Shown here: piece after piece, positions 1 through 11,895 of the stretch
How the letters are laid out: each line of letters starts with the position of its first letter
How positions within the stretch are numbered: position 1 is the first letter of the stretch
Source: Candidatus Saccharimonadota bacterium
GTDB taxonomy: Bacteria > Pseudomonadota > Gammaproteobacteria > Enterobacterales > Enterobacteriaceae
NCBI RefSeq assembly: GCF_014857065.1
Contig: NZ_CP046533.1
Span: 1-32,000 of the forward strand
DNA: 32,000 nucleotides
Direction: 5' to 3'
Translations under genes and position numbers: made by a program
Notes under the pieces: generated by a model
What the model was told of the DNA's origin: nothing
The model's database searches: none
The model's input: only the letters and a program-made list of their open reading frames with translations

Positions 1-52
1 TAGCCCGCATGGGACTTAAAGAAAAATTTTTCTTTAAGTCCCATGCGGGCTA
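1..52 (-). terminator. GC-rich perfect hairpin downstream of manZ, a likely bidirectional intrinsic terminator (it touches the window edge)
   Basis: Positions 1-21 (TAGCCCGCATGGGACTTAAAG) are the exact reverse complement of 32-52. The 10-nt centre AAAAATTTTT is itself self-complementary. The stem is about half G+C in a very AT-rich context and lies 44 nt beyond the manZ stop. Confidence 0.6.
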
Positions 53-95
53 TGTTGTGAGATACGAAAATTTACTTACCTACCGTTTTGATTTC

Positions 96-947
96 TTACA
101 TACCCAATAAACCTATATAATGCCCAAAAATTCCTAACACAAAAAATCCCATTATAATCCATAGAACTTTTATTTTCTTTCGCAATAGCCACATGGAACC
201 AAAAGTTAATAATAAAGGAGCGATACCAGGCATTAACTGATCTAAAATAGATTGCACAGTTGTTGTAATAAGATGACCTTCATTGTCCGTAATACGAGCT
301 AAAACATATGGAATATTAACATGAGTCCATTTGTTTACTAGCGCTCCCATAATAAATAATCCTAATATTGATGCTCCTTCTGTCAGTTTTTTTAGTAAAT
401 CATTACTCATATCAGTTACAATGCTAATTCCTTTTTGATAGCCATAAATAATGCCAAAATAACGAGTTCCTAATCGTATAATATTAAATGGAATAAAAAA
501 TAAAGATGGACCAAGCACACTGCCGCTAACAGCGACACTTGCTCCTAATGCAGCTAAAATTGGTCGAGTGGTTCCCCAGAAGATTGGATCGCCTACTCCT
601 GCTAATGGTCCCATAAGGCCTACTTTTAAGCTGTTAATAGCAGCATCGCTTATCGGAACTCCATTAGCTTTTTTTTCTTCCATTGCCATAGTTATTCCTA
701 ATATAGGTGCTGCTACATAAGGGTGTGTATTAAAAAATTCTAGATGTCTTCGTATAGCTTGTTTCCGATCCTTATTATTTTCTGGATATAAACGAGTAAT
801 CACTGGGATCATAGCAAAACAAAATCCCAGAGCTTGCATACGTTCAAAGTTCCAAGATCCTTGAAAAAGATTAGAGCGAATAAAAACCGACCATATATCT
901 TTGGTTGTTAATTTTTTTTTAATATCGATATTCCTGATTTGATTCAT
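96..947 (-). CDS. manZ: PTS mannose transporter subunit IID
   Basis: 283-aa ORF. Segments SNLFQGSWNFERMQALGFCF and RKQAIRRHLEFFNTHPYVAAPILG closely match E. coli ManZ as I recall it. It lies directly downstream of manY, as in the manXYZ operon. Confidence 0.95.
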   Translation of the reverse strand: MNQIRNIDIKKKLTTKDIWSVFIRSNLFQGSWNFERMQALGFCFAMIPVITRLYPENNKDRKQAIRRHLEFFNTHPYVAAPILGITMAMEEKKANGVPISDAAINSLKVGLMGPLAGVGDPIFWGTTRPILAALGASVAVSGSVLGPSLFFIPFNIIRLGTRYFGIIYGYQKGISIVTDMSNDLLKKLTEGASILGLFIMGALVNKWTHVNIPYVLARITDNEGHLITTTVQSILDQLMPGIAPLLLTFGSMWLLRKKIKVLWIIMGFFVLGIFGHYIGLLGM

Positions 948-961
948 TATTGCTCCTGTAA

Positions 962-1771
962 TTAGTCTAATTCATTATCAAAATTATTGTGTTGTTTGTT
1001 TGTCAAATTATTTACTGATTTTACATATATTCTATTATATTGTGGAGATAATTGTATGTAAAGAATAGCCATGACAACGCCAATAATACCTAGAGCTACT
1101 AAATTGAAATTGGTAAATGCTGTTATAACAAATCCTAAATAAAAGAAAGGCATCAGATGCCCAGTGCGCATCATGTTAATTATCATAGCATAGCCAACAA
1201 CAACAATCATACCTCCAGCAATATTTAAGCCATTTGTAATCACTTCTGGTATTGATGTTAATATTTTATGTACTACTTCAGTTTTTACTGAAATAGCGAT
1301 TATAATAGATGGTATTGCTATACGCATGGCTTGTAAGACAAGAGCAGCAATATGAATCCAATTTATTGCCGATAAATTACCATGTTTAGCTGCATCATCA
1401 GCAGCATGCTGAAAGCCTACTGTAATCGTTCGTACAATAATTGTTAAGACTTGCCCCGCTGCTGCTAAAGGAATAGCTAGAGCTATCCCTGCTCCAATAT
1501 TTTGATTTCCAGCAATAACCAATGTGGTAGAAATGATTGAAGCAAGTGCGGTATCAGGTGCTACAGCTGCTCCAATGTTCATCCATCCAAGGGCAATTAA
1601 TTCTAGTGTACCTCCTACAATAATGCCAGTTTTTAAGTCTCCAAGAATACAACCTATAAGAGAACAAGCGATTAAAGGTCTATGAAATTGAAACTCATCG
1701 AGGATAGAGCCCATGCCTATACATGATGAAGCAACAAATAATAAAATGGCTTGTAAAACGGTGATATCCAT
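962..1771 (-). CDS. manY: PTS mannose transporter subunit IIC
   Basis: 269-aa ORF. GSILDEFQFHRPLIAC, GWMNIGAAVAPD and the C-terminal DNELD match E. coli ManY. One nucleotide (1772) separates it from the manX stop. Confidence 0.95.
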   Translation of the reverse strand: MDITVLQAILLFVASSCIGMGSILDEFQFHRPLIACSLIGCILGDLKTGIIVGGTLELIALGWMNIGAAVAPDTALASIISTTLVIAGNQNIGAGIALAIPLAAAGQVLTIIVRTITVGFQHAADDAAKHGNLSAINWIHIAALVLQAMRIAIPSIIIAISVKTEVVHKILTSIPEVITNGLNIAGGMIVVVGYAMIINMMRTGHLMPFFYLGFVITAFTNFNLVALGIIGVVMAILYIQLSPQYNRIYVKSVNNLTNKQHNNFDNELD

Positions 1772-1772
1772 T

Positions 1773-2747
1773 TCATTTCTCCTGAAAGTTAGATTTATTC
1801 ATTTTATTTATTAGATCCATTATTTTTAATGGAGGATCAGATACAACTTTACGTATTTCTAAATTAATACCATACTTATCAAGTTTTTTAAATGCTTCAA
1901 TATCTTCTTCATTTACTGAAATCACATTATGAATTTGAATTTTTCCAGTATGAAAAGCCATGCCTCCGATGTTTACTGAAGTTATAGGTATTCCTCCTTC
2001 TATCAGACGTAATACGTCATTGGGATTATTAAGTAACAACATTACTTTTTCTTTATCATATCTTGGATTATTAAATACACGTATTGTTTTAGCTATATTT
2101 ATTACATGAACGCTAATTCCGGGTGGTGCTACTTGAGTTAATAAAGTTGTACGTATTTTATCTTTTGCTATTTCATCGTTTACAACAATAATACGCGATA
2201 CATTGGTTTCTTTTGTCCAACTGGTAACCACTTGACCATGTATTAATCGGTCATCGATACGAACTAAACTTATCAGCATATGATGGTTCTCGTTTTGTGA
2301 AACATTTTTAATATCTTTTATTTTATTAAAAGAAGAAATACCGGATATGTTATTTTTAGCAGATCTGATTGAATCACGACCTTTTGTTATTGCGATATTT
2401 ATTAGTTCTTTAAAGATAATATTTTTATCATTTCTAGCCATAAAGGTTTCTATTAACATGGGAACATTTACACCACTAATAATATCATAGTTCTCTTTAT
2501 CATTGATAAAATCATTAGCAACATTAAAAGGAGTTCCTCCCCAAATATCAACAAAAAATAATACACCTACTGTGATATTTAATTTAGATAAGCTTTGGGA
2601 AAATTTTTCCCTAAGTATTTTTGTGTTTTCTTCTGGTAAAAAATTAACCCAAGATGTGTTATCTTGGGTGCCTAAAATCATTTCAGTTGTTTTTAACAAA
2701 AATTCAGATGTTGATCCATGGGTGCTAACGATAATAGCAATACTCAT
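1773..2747 (-). CDS. manX: PTS mannose transporter subunit IIAB
   Basis: 324-aa ORF with an N-terminal IIA-like region (MSIAIIVSTHG...) and a IIB region (VRIDDRLIHGQV...). An AAGGAG Shine-Dalgarno lies 7 nt upstream of the ATG. It is the first gene of the manXYZ order. Confidence 0.93.
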   Translation of the reverse strand: MSIAIIVSTHGSTSEFLLKTTEMILGTQDNTSWVNFLPEENTKILREKFSQSLSKLNITVGVLFFVDIWGGTPFNVANDFINDKENYDIISGVNVPMLIETFMARNDKNIIFKELINIAITKGRDSIRSAKNNISGISSFNKIKDIKNVSQNENHHMLISLVRIDDRLIHGQVVTSWTKETNVSRIIVVNDEIAKDKIRTTLLTQVAPPGISVHVINIAKTIRVFNNPRYDKEKVMLLLNNPNDVLRLIEGGIPITSVNIGGMAFHTGKIQIHNVISVNEEDIEAFKKLDKYGINLEIRKVVSDPPLKIMDLINKMNKSNFQEK

Positions 2748-3226
2748 TGAATATCTCCTTATTGGTATTGTTTCACCGATGTTTTTTAAATTTATCTGTT
2801 ATTTAGCAATTACCGTTATATTTAAAAGTTCATGTATTTCTGGAATAACGACGCCTATTTAGTAGTTATTTCATCTTAAGGTATACTAACATGTTATCAG
2901 TATAAATAGCTAAAAATCGAAGCCCGAATAATAATGAATACACACCATTTACATCCATGATAATCAACTACTAACTTTTTTACAAGAATTATAAATGTAT
3001 TTTTTTAAATTAACAGATTTTTGATATATTTTGGTTATTTTAGTCACATTGGTAATTTATATTTATTCAGTTATGTTTAATTTTACAATTAAGATTGCTT
3101 TCTTATTTGTTATATCTATTTGTAATCTATTAATGACAAAACTATTTTATAATTACTCTATCATTATGGAAATAAGATACACCAATTTATATCTCAATAG
3201 TTTATTAATATGTGGAGGTTAATACT

Positions 3227-4768
3227 ATGGAAATATTTATGGATATTTCAGTGTGGATAGGGTTATTAACTCTAGTTATATTGGAAATTGTTCTAGGAGT
3301 AGATAATTTAGTTTTTATTGCTATTTTAGCTGATAGGCTTCCTTTGAAAAAACGTAATAGTGCATTGGTAATTGGTTTATTATTTGCTCTAATTATGCGT
3401 CTTACTTTACTTTCATTAATTTCTTGGTTAGCAACTTTTACTTTACCTTTGTTCAAATTAGTTTCATTTTCTTTTTCTATTAAAGATTTAATTTTATTGT
3501 TTGGTGGTATTTTTCTTTTATTTAAAGCAACAACTGAATTGCATGAAAGATTAGAAAATAAGTCCAATAATACTAATAAGAATCGCGGACATTCAAGCTT
3601 ATGGATAGTAGTGGTACAAATTGTAGTTTTTGATGCTATTTTCTCTCTTGATGCAGTAATGACAGCTATAGGTATGGTAGACCATTTATCTATCATGATG
3701 TTAGCTGTAATTATTGCTACATCAATTATGTTAATAGCTTCAAGTACATTAATCATCTTTATTAAAAAACATAGAACAATCATGGTGCTTTGTTTAAGTT
3801 TTTTGTTAATGATAGGTTTAAGTTTAATTGCTGAAGGTATTGGTTTTTACATTCCAAAAAGTTATCTGTATGCTGCTATTGGATTTTCAATTTTAATCGA
3901 ATCATTTAATCAAATATCATATTTTAATCTTATCAAAAATCAATCTGCTAAGCCTATGCGTGAACGTACTGCTGAAATTATTATGCGATTGATGGGTGGA
4001 AAATCTCATTCAAATTCTGATGGTGTAATAGAGTCAGTTGTTCCTTCATCCATAAATCATTTTGCAGAAGAGGAACGTCATATGATCACAGGTGTTTTAT
4101 CGTTGGCCTCTCGTACTTTGCGTAGTATCATGACTCCTCGTAATAAAATTACTTGGTTGAATTGTCAATCTTCTATAGAGGAATTACGTTTAATTTTAAT
4201 GGATACTCCACATAATATGTTTCCTGTATGTAATGGTGAGCTAGATCAATTAATAGGTATAGTACGCGCCAAAGATTTGATACATGCGATAGATAGTGGT
4301 GAACAAATTAAATCTTATGCTTCAAAAAATTCAGCTGTTGTAGTTCCAGATGCTTTGGATGTTTTAAAGTTACTTAAAGAATTACGTCGTGCTAAAGGGA
4401 GCATGGTAATGATTTCTAATGAGTTTGGCGTTATTCAAGGATTAGTAACTCCTTTAGATGTACTTGAAGCTATAGCTGGTGAATTTCCTGATGAAGATGA
4501 GACTCCAGAAATTGAAGTAGTAAAAGGTGGGTGGATTTCAAAAGGAAGTACAGATTTACATGCTTTGCAACAAGCATTAAATACTCAAAATTTAGTGCGT
4601 GAATGGGATGATGTTGCTTCTTTGGCTGGTTTGTTATTATCTCAGTGTGATCATATTCCCACAGAAGGTGATGTGCTAATTATTAATGAATGGCAGTTTA
4701 CAATCCTAAAAATGGTCGAATATCGTATAGAATTAGTTTCTATTAAACGTATTATATTAGATAAATGA
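3227..4768 (+). CDS. yoaE: TerC-family / CBS-CorC domain inner membrane protein (YoaE homologue)
   Basis: [36 protein letters not shown] and the C-terminal [25 protein letters not shown] are collinear with E. coli YoaE. It is divergent from manX, as in E. coli. I prefer the ATG at 3227, preceded by GGAGG at 3214-3218, over the GTG at 3212 used by the ORF track. Confidence 0.9.
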   Translation: MEIFMDISVWIGLLTLVILEIVLGVDNLVFIAILADRLPLKKRNSALVIGLLFALIMRLTLLSLISWLATFTLPLFKLVSFSFSIKDLILLFGGIFLLFKATTELHERLENKSNNTNKNRGHSSLWIVVVQIVVFDAIFSLDAVMTAIGMVDHLSIMMLAVIIATSIMLIASSTLIIFIKKHRTIMVLCLSFLLMIGLSLIAEGIGFYIPKSYLYAAIGFSILIESFNQISYFNLIKNQSAKPMRERTAEIIMRLMGGKSHSNSDGVIESVVPSSINHFAEEERHMITGVLSLASRTLRSIMTPRNKITWLNCQSSIEELRLILMDTPHNMFPVCNGELDQLIGIVRAKDLIHAIDSGEQIKSYASKNSAVVVPDALDVLKLLKELRRAKGSMVMISNEFGVIQGLVTPLDVLEAIAGEFPDEDETPEIEVVKGGWISKGSTDLHALQQALNTQNLVREWDDVASLAGLLLSQCDHIPTEGDVLIINEWQFTILKMVEYRIELVSIKRIILDK

Positions 4769-4912
4769 TGTGGATTAGTAATTTAAATTGTACCATATGG
4801 TAATATACGATTTTTAGTGTTTATTCAATTATGATTTTGATGAAAGATATTTTATTGTAACTACTAGTGAATTAATTCAATGTTATAGTATCTCCTGTTA
4901 TTTTAGAATAAA

Positions 4913-6271
4913 TCAATTTTTTAAATATGGTATTATCGTAGAGATTTTATCTATCATTTCTTGATACTCTGAGTCTTCATTACTATTTATAGTAATAGCA
5001 GACCCTGCTGAACAAAATAGATGTTGTTGGTCAGCAATTATAGTTCGGATTATAATATTAGAATCCATGTTTCCACAGCAACTTAAGTAAGCTATACTTC
5101 CACACCAAGCATTACGGCGTTGGGGTTCTAACATTTCAATAATTTCCATTGCGCGTATTTTTGGCGCACCTGTTACTGATCCACCTGGGAAACATGATTT
5201 GAATATATCAATAACAGATCGATTATCAGATAAAGTTCCTGTAATTGTGCTTACCATGTGATGTACTGCGGGAAAGCTTTCAATACTAAATAGTTTTGGC
5301 ACTTTTATACTTCCAGGTACAGCAATACGTCCTATATCACTACGTAGTAAATCGACAATCATTAAATTTTCTGATTTATTTTTATTTGATTTCATTAATT
5401 TTGTTAACTGTTGTTGATCTATAAAATTATTTACATTTCTAGAAATAGTCCCTTTGATTGGTTTAGTTTGTATGTTTTTATTTCTTAAGCTTATAAAACG
5501 TTCTGGAGAAAAACACATTATAGCTTGCTTTTTTAATCTTATAAAAGCTGAAAAAGGTGAACTATTGTAGTGTAATAAGTAATGGAAAGCTGCCCATTCA
5601 TCTCCTATATATGGTGCACAAAAACGTTGCGCTAAACAAACTTGATAGCAATCTCCATTCTGTAAAAAATTTTGTATTGTTTGAAATTTTTTTTTGTATT
5701 CCATGCGATTCATGTTTGTACGCCATGTTTTTTGTAAGCGGAATGATCGGTTTTTTTTAATTGATTGATAATTATTTATCCAAGATAAAATATTTGTAGG
5801 ATCATCATGACTGATTAATGTTATTTTACATAAATGATGATCAGCTATAATTGTCCATCGATATAATCCAATTGCCAGATCTGGCAATTGGATTTCTTGT
5901 TTGGCTTTTACTGGAATTTTTTCAAGATATCTAACTAAATCATATCCGAATATACCTAAAAATCCTCCTTGAAATGGTAATTCAGTATTTGTTTGCATTT
6001 TTTTTAAATTAGCGCAATTTATTTGTTCTTGTAGTAATTTAAATGGATTTATATTGCTAGTTTTATATTGTTTTTGATTTTTAATTGTAGTTATTCCATC
6101 TTTGGTAATTAAGGTTATTTTAGGTGCAGTAACTAATATATCAAAACGACCATCTGGATGATTGCTATATCCAGAATGAAGTAACATAGACCAAGGTTTA
6201 TGTGATATTGATGCAAAAAGATCAAAAACAAAATTCAATCGATATGGTATTTTTATAAAAAAAGGATACAT
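4913..6271 (-). CDS. pabB: aminodeoxychorismate synthase component I
   Basis: Collinear with E. coli PabB: PWSMLLHSG, LPFQGGFLGIFGYDL, GDCYQVCLAQRF, PGGSVTGAPKIRAMEII, QRRNAWCGSIAYLS. The ORF track begins at a TTG (6295). The first ATG is at 6271, so the exact start is uncertain. Confidence 0.92.
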   Translation of the reverse strand: MYPFFIKIPYRLNFVFDLFASISHKPWSMLLHSGYSNHPDGRFDILVTAPKITLITKDGITTIKNQKQYKTSNINPFKLLQEQINCANLKKMQTNTELPFQGGFLGIFGYDLVRYLEKIPVKAKQEIQLPDLAIGLYRWTIIADHHLCKITLISHDDPTNILSWINNYQSIKKNRSFRLQKTWRTNMNRMEYKKKFQTIQNFLQNGDCYQVCLAQRFCAPYIGDEWAAFHYLLHYNSSPFSAFIRLKKQAIMCFSPERFISLRNKNIQTKPIKGTISRNVNNFIDQQQLTKLMKSNKNKSENLMIVDLLRSDIGRIAVPGSIKVPKLFSIESFPAVHHMVSTITGTLSDNRSVIDIFKSCFPGGSVTGAPKIRAMEIIEMLEPQRRNAWCGSIAYLSCCGNMDSNIIIRTIIADQQHLFCSAGSAITINSNEDSEYQEMIDKISTIIPYLKN

Positions 6272-6569
6272 TATGATGATTATCTTTAAATTCAAGAAAG
6301 GTATTAAATACTTCTTGTTTGTTATATTTTAAAAATCTAAAATTTATTTAAATAAATACTTCAGAAATTCTAGATTTTGATTTAGTTTTGATTTGGACAT
6401 TATTTTAAATCACTAAAAATGTGATCATTAAACAACATAAATCATAACTATGTTAATTTTTCAATTTCTTGATTTATTTAGTGAATCTTATCGAAATTAG
6501 AATAATTGTTGTTGCGTTTTATGTCAATTATTTATAAATTTATTTAAATCTTTATTATTTTAAATTTAT

Positions 6570-7250
6570 ATGTCTTTGATTATATTAGCGATCAGTACTG
6601 CAACTGAAATATGCTCTATAGCATTGATGATTAATCATGTTATTTTGGATAATACTGTGGTTACATCGCATAAACATGCTAAAAAAATTTTGATGATGAT
6701 TGATAATTTATTAATTGATTCAGGTATTTCCCTGAGTAATATTGATGTTTTAGTATATTCTCATGGGCCGGGTAGTTTTGTTGGTTTACGTATTGGGATA
6801 GGAGTTGCTCAAGGATTAGCGTTAGGCGCTAATTTACCATTAATAGGGGTTTCTACTTTGGAAACATTAGCACAAGGAGCTTGGAGGGAGGTTGGAGCTC
6901 GAGATGTGTTGGTTTCCCTTAATGCCTATATGAATGCGTTTTATTTCTCTTATTATCGACGTCAAAATAATGGTAAATGGTTAGGTCATGATACTGAACG
7001 GATAGTTTCTTCCGTGGAATTAGCCGATTTTTTTATTAAATTAGTCAAAAGGTTTTATATCCTTGTAGGAAATGGATGGCAAAAAAACTTGATGTTATTT
7101 AATAAAAATGATTTTTGTATGTATGTGAATCGAGTTTTACATCCTTTAGCATGTGACATGATACCACTTGCTTTACAGAAATGGTATGATGGTTCAATTA
7201 TTGCGCCTGATCAAGTAAAACCAATTTATTTAATAGATAAATTAGTATAG
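6570..7250 (+). CDS. tsaB: tRNA threonylcarbamoyladenosine (t6A) biosynthesis protein TsaB (YeaZ)
   Basis: 226-aa ORF. GPGSFVGLRIGIGVAQGLALGANLPLIGVSTLETLAQGA matches the E. coli TsaB core. Confidence 0.9.
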   Translation: MSLIILAISTATEICSIALMINHVILDNTVVTSHKHAKKILMMIDNLLIDSGISLSNIDVLVYSHGPGSFVGLRIGIGVAQGLALGANLPLIGVSTLETLAQGAWREVGARDVLVSLNAYMNAFYFSYYRRQNNGKWLGHDTERIVSSVELADFFIKLVKRFYILVGNGWQKNLMLFNKNDFCMYVNRVLHPLACDMIPLALQKWYDGSIIAPDQVKPIYLIDKLV

Positions 7251-7432
7251 TTAATTTGTGTGTTGATTTAAAATTTTGATGTATGTTGCTATTGTTTATT
7301 TTGTAATTTGATAATATTGAATAATATTTTGTTATATCTGATGTGGTTTTGATATTTATTTTGAAACAAAGATTATTTTTAAAATGTAAGATAATACATC
7401 ATACTCAGTTTTATTTTTTTGTTTTTTAGATT

Positions 7433-7711
7433 TTAATTTAGATTTTGATTCGTTATTTTGGTAATTATTATTTTTAATTCTGATAGTTCAGGGTTTTTTT
7501 CTGTTGGTCTTAATTGTATCGAAATAATTTTTAGATTATCTTGAATATGACTACGTATTATTTTAGTTAGATCGTTTTTGAACTGAGATGAGTAATAACA
7601 TATTTTACTGTGATCTTTTTTTTTCTTTATATTGAAAATAATTTGTAGTCTTTTTTTTGCGATGTTTGCTGATTTTTTTTTACGATAAATGAAAAAATTG
7701 AATAAGGTCAT
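7433..7711 (-). CDS. minE: cell division topological specificity factor MinE
   Basis: 92-aa ORF. The N-terminus MTLFNFFIYRKKKSANIAKKRLQII compares with E. coli [25 protein letters not shown]. It lies 1 nt after minD. Confidence 0.93.
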   Translation of the reverse strand: MTLFNFFIYRKKKSANIAKKRLQIIFNIKKKKDHSKICYYSSQFKNDLTKIIRSHIQDNLKIISIQLRPTEKNPELSELKIIITKITNQNLN

Positions 7712-7712
7712 T

Positions 7713-8525
7713 TCATCTACTCCAGAGGCGTCTGATGAAGTTTTTTTTATTTTCTTTAATAAAGCGTAAAGGACAAGATTCGCCTAGCAGTCGATTAACC
7801 ATATCTGAATATGCTTGTCCAGCGTTAGAATTTTCGTTTAGAATAATTGGTATTCCTTGATTAGATGCTCTTAATACTAATTGGTCTTCAGGTATTACTC
7901 CTATTAAAGGAATTTGTAAAATATCAATAACATCTTTTACGCTAAGCATATCCCCGCAACTAACTCTTTTTGGGTTGTAACGAGTTAGTAATAGGTGTTC
8001 TTTAATCATCTCCGTACCATCTTCGGCACGTTTTGATTTAGAGGATAAAATACCAAGTATCCGATCCGAATCATGTACGGAAGATATTTCAGGATTAGTG
8101 GTAATAATAGCCTCATCAGCAAAATATAATGCCATTAATGCTCCTGTCTCTATACCTGCTGGTGAATCACATATTATGAATTCGAAGTTCATATCATTTA
8201 GATCACTGAATACTTTTTCTACTCCACGATATGTTAATGCATGTTTATCCCGTGTTTGTGATGCTGGTAAAATGTAAAGATGATCGGTGTATTTGTCTTT
8301 AATTAAAGCTTGATGTAATTTAGCATCATTTTGTATTACGTTTATAAAATCGTATACTACTCGTCGTTCACATCCCATAATTAAATCTAAATTACGTAAT
8401 CCTATATCAAAATCGATGACTACAGTTTTTTTTCTTTTACGAGCCAAGCCAATAGCAATAGCAGCACTTGATGTAGTTTTTCCAACTCCTCCTTTCCCTG
8501 AAGTAATAACGATTATACGCGACAT
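7713..8525 (-). CDS. minD: septum site-determining ATPase MinD
   Basis: 270-aa ORF with the deviant Walker A motif SGKGGVGKTT and MinD-collinear sequence throughout. Confidence 0.96.
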   Translation of the reverse strand: MSRIIVITSGKGGVGKTTSSAAIAIGLARKRKKTVVIDFDIGLRNLDLIMGCERRVVYDFINVIQNDAKLHQALIKDKYTDHLYILPASQTRDKHALTYRGVEKVFSDLNDMNFEFIICDSPAGIETGALMALYFADEAIITTNPEISSVHDSDRILGILSSKSKRAEDGTEMIKEHLLLTRYNPKRVSCGDMLSVKDVIDILQIPLIGVIPEDQLVLRASNQGIPIILNENSNAGQAYSDMVNRLLGESCPLRFIKENKKNFIRRLWSR

Positions 8526-8552
8526 AGATAGAATTCCTTGTTTTTTGAAAAT

Positions 8553-9233
8553 TTAAAATAAATCTTGAATAATGATTATATTATTTTTTAAATGTATTTT
8601 TACAGATTTAGCAAAAAAATTTGTTGGTATTTGTTCGCTCAGTAAATATTTCCCGCTAATAGATATTACTTCTGGAGAAAAGTAAGTACAAAAAATTTGG
8701 CTTGTTTTATCACCTGATGCTCCAGCTATTGCACGGCCTTTCATAGCTCCATATATATGGATATTTCCATCTGCAATAATTTCAGCTCCAGGATTTACAT
8801 TATTCATGATTATTAAATCGCCATTGTGAGCATATATTTGTTGCCCTGATCTTATTGGTTTATTTATTAATTTTGTTTTATTTACGATATTTTTTTCCTT
8901 TGTTAATACTTTTTCTTGCGTATAATTTTTATCTATTATTGTTTCTTTAAGGATAGGTAATCCACTTTTGATGATCATTTTTTTTAATGTATTATTTTTA
9001 CAACAACACGTACCTATGATATATAATCCAGAGTTTAATATTGTTTTATATAATTTAGGCCAGTTAGTCGGATAGGCGATATTTTCAACATTTATAACAA
9101 CAGGTGTATTTTTAAAAAAGGTAGAAGCATATTGAATCTTTTCTTTTATTTTTTTGAATATGTTTTCTGATCTAATATCTTCAATATGGATAATGAATAA
9201 ATTGAAGTGACCTTTTTTAAATTGTATAGACAT
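8553..9233 (-). CDS. minC: septum site-determining protein MinC
   Basis: 226-aa ORF. The C-terminal domain RSGQQIYAHNGDLII...GAEIIADGNIHIYGAMKGRAIAGASGD matches E. coli MinC. It is the first gene of the minCDE order. Confidence 0.92.
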   Translation of the reverse strand: MSIQFKKGHFNLFIIHIEDIRSENIFKKIKEKIQYASTFFKNTPVVINVENIAYPTNWPKLYKTILNSGLYIIGTCCCKNNTLKKMIIKSGLPILKETIIDKNYTQEKVLTKEKNIVNKTKLINKPIRSGQQIYAHNGDLIIMNNVNPGAEIIADGNIHIYGAMKGRAIAGASGDKTSQIFCTYFSPEVISISGKYLLSEQIPTNFFAKSVKIHLKNNIIIIQDLF

Positions 9234-9728
9234 TTAATTTTTATTATTGATAATTTTTAACTTTGTGTTTATGCATAATGATTAAGAATTATTTCATAAG
9301 GTTTTATTTTTTTAATATATCCTGAAGTATTGAAGGATTATCCTAATGATAATGTATCAAATCAATAATGTTATTAAAAATCATCATGGTATATTAAATA
9401 TTTGCATTATATTTGACATATAGATGAATTTTATATAAATTTTTATATTCTGAAATATGTTTTGATTATGATTGAGTTAATAAACTATGTTTTCATAGTA
9501 ATGATTTGTTTTAGTATTTTGTATATATGTCCTAGTGATAATATATTTCTATATATTTATAAAATTTTTCTGTTTTAATATTAGCATGGTTTATTAATCA
9601 ATTTTTTTATTTTATTTAGTGAAGGTAAACATTAATTTTCATTGTTTATTATGTTAGTCTTTATGATGTTTTGTTAGTTTTAAATAATTAGAAATAAATA
9701 AAATTTATTATATAATAATAATTCAGTT

Positions 9729-9751
9729 ACCACAAATTGAGGCATTGTGGT
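9729..9751 (-). terminator. weak hairpin downstream of dsbB (candidate terminator)
   Basis: ACCACAA (9729-9735) pairs with TTGTGGT (9745-9751) around a 9-nt loop, about 60 nt beyond the dsbB stop. The stem is short and there is no clean U-tract. Confidence 0.25.
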
Positions 9752-9809
9752 GATTGTTTAAAATGCTAGATACTATTTATATACTTAAATAGTCCGTAAC
9801 AAGTTTAAA

Positions 9810-10331
9810 TTAAAACGTTTTGAATGGTTTTAAGAATTGTGATATCAAAACAAAAACTGATATGATTAAATATATTCCAAAAATTATAACCATCCATTGT
9901 GACATTTCTAATGATAGAAAAAACCATTGATATTCTGTACAATCTCCGATTGCATCAAAAATCTGAGGTAGCCATTTATCTAAAGGTAACCAAGATGGAA
10001 AATTAACAAAAAAATCACACGTTACAAAAGGAGAAGGATTCAATTGTAAATTTATATGTTTTTTTGCTAAAAGCAAACCTTGACTTGCACTATATAACCA
10101 AACAAAAATTCCAGTGAATCTCAACAATGTTTTTTTTGGCGCAATAGTTCCAATTAAACCCGCTAATATAATACCACATAAAGTACAACGTTGATATATA
10201 CATAATGCGCATGGTTTGAATAGCATAATATGTTGGAAATATAATGCTATGATTTCTAATATGCATGCGGTACTTGATAATAAAAACCATGCTTTTCGAG
10301 TTTTAGAATAAATATTAAAAAAATACAACAT
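9810..10331 (-). CDS. dsbB: disulfide bond formation protein B
   Basis: Collinear with E. coli DsbB, including [11 protein letters not shown] (CxxC), FVTCDF and GDCTEYQW cysteines. The start is set to the ATG at 10331 ([18 protein letters not shown] versus E. coli MLRFLNQCSQGRGAWLL) rather than the longer ORF start at 10382. Confidence 0.9.
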   Translation of the reverse strand: MLYFFNIYSKTRKAWFLLSSTACILEIIALYFQHIMLFKPCALCIYQRCTLCGIILAGLIGTIAPKKTLLRFTGIFVWLYSASQGLLLAKKHINLQLNPSPFVTCDFFVNFPSWLPLDKWLPQIFDAIGDCTEYQWFFLSLEMSQWMVIIFGIYLIISVFVLISQFLKPFKTF

Positions 10332-10649
10332 ATAATATCCAATAAAATATTTTAAAAATTTTATATAAACAAACATCTTCATGGTTGTTGTAGCTTAATA
10401 TTTTTATTTTAATTTAATAATAATTTAAAGTACTGACATATAGAAATTATGTTTACTGTACTTGCAATAAGTGTTTCTCAGAATCTTATCTATATTAATT
10501 TTTGAATATTTTATAAATTAATATTATAGCTAGTTTATTGATAAATTATAATGTACGTTATGTTTTGTTTTTTTTAACAATGATTTTTGTATATTGTTTG
10601 GATTATATTATAACAAATATTATTCAAGTAAAATTTTGAAATTATGAAA

Positions 10650-10668
10650 TTGCACATTAGATATGCAA
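10650..10668 (-). terminator. weak hairpin just downstream of gapA (candidate terminator)
   Basis: TTGCACAT (10650-10657) and ATATGCAA (10661-10668) form an 8-bp stem with one mismatch and a 3-nt loop. On the minus strand it is followed by TTTCATAATTTC. Confidence 0.25.
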
Positions 10669-10676
10669 AAACAAAA

Positions 10677-11693
<1,017 letters not shown>

Positions 11694-11895
11694 TTATTAT
11701 GTTAAAATTTAGGATATGGTTGTAAAATCTTTTGGTATAGATACATGTATAATTAAATTATAATGAAGTTTTATTTTTTATAAATTATACGTATGAAATA
11801 AATGTTCTACTATTTAATTTCTTTTTTTAGTTCTACCTAGCAGTGTATATTAACATTTTTTTACTAAAATTCATAGGCCTGTAAATTTTGGGATC

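Noticed and set aside
3031-3222. 63-aa hydrophobic ORF just upstream of yoaE.
   Set aside because: It has a TTG start and no ribosome-binding site. Its T-rich codons come from an AT-rich intergenic region that must hold the divergent manX and yoaE promoters. It is probably spurious.
3205-3783. 192-aa ORF on the minus strand.
   Set aside because: It lies entirely antisense to the well-supported yoaE gene. The composition is low-complexity and I/N/K-rich, and I recognise no homology. It is a typical shadow ORF.
4791-4802. 12-bp palindrome TACCATATGGTA between the convergent yoaE and pabB genes, as a terminator.
   Set aside because: As RNA it gives only a 4-bp stem with a 4-nt loop. That is too weak to call, although it is followed by a T-run.
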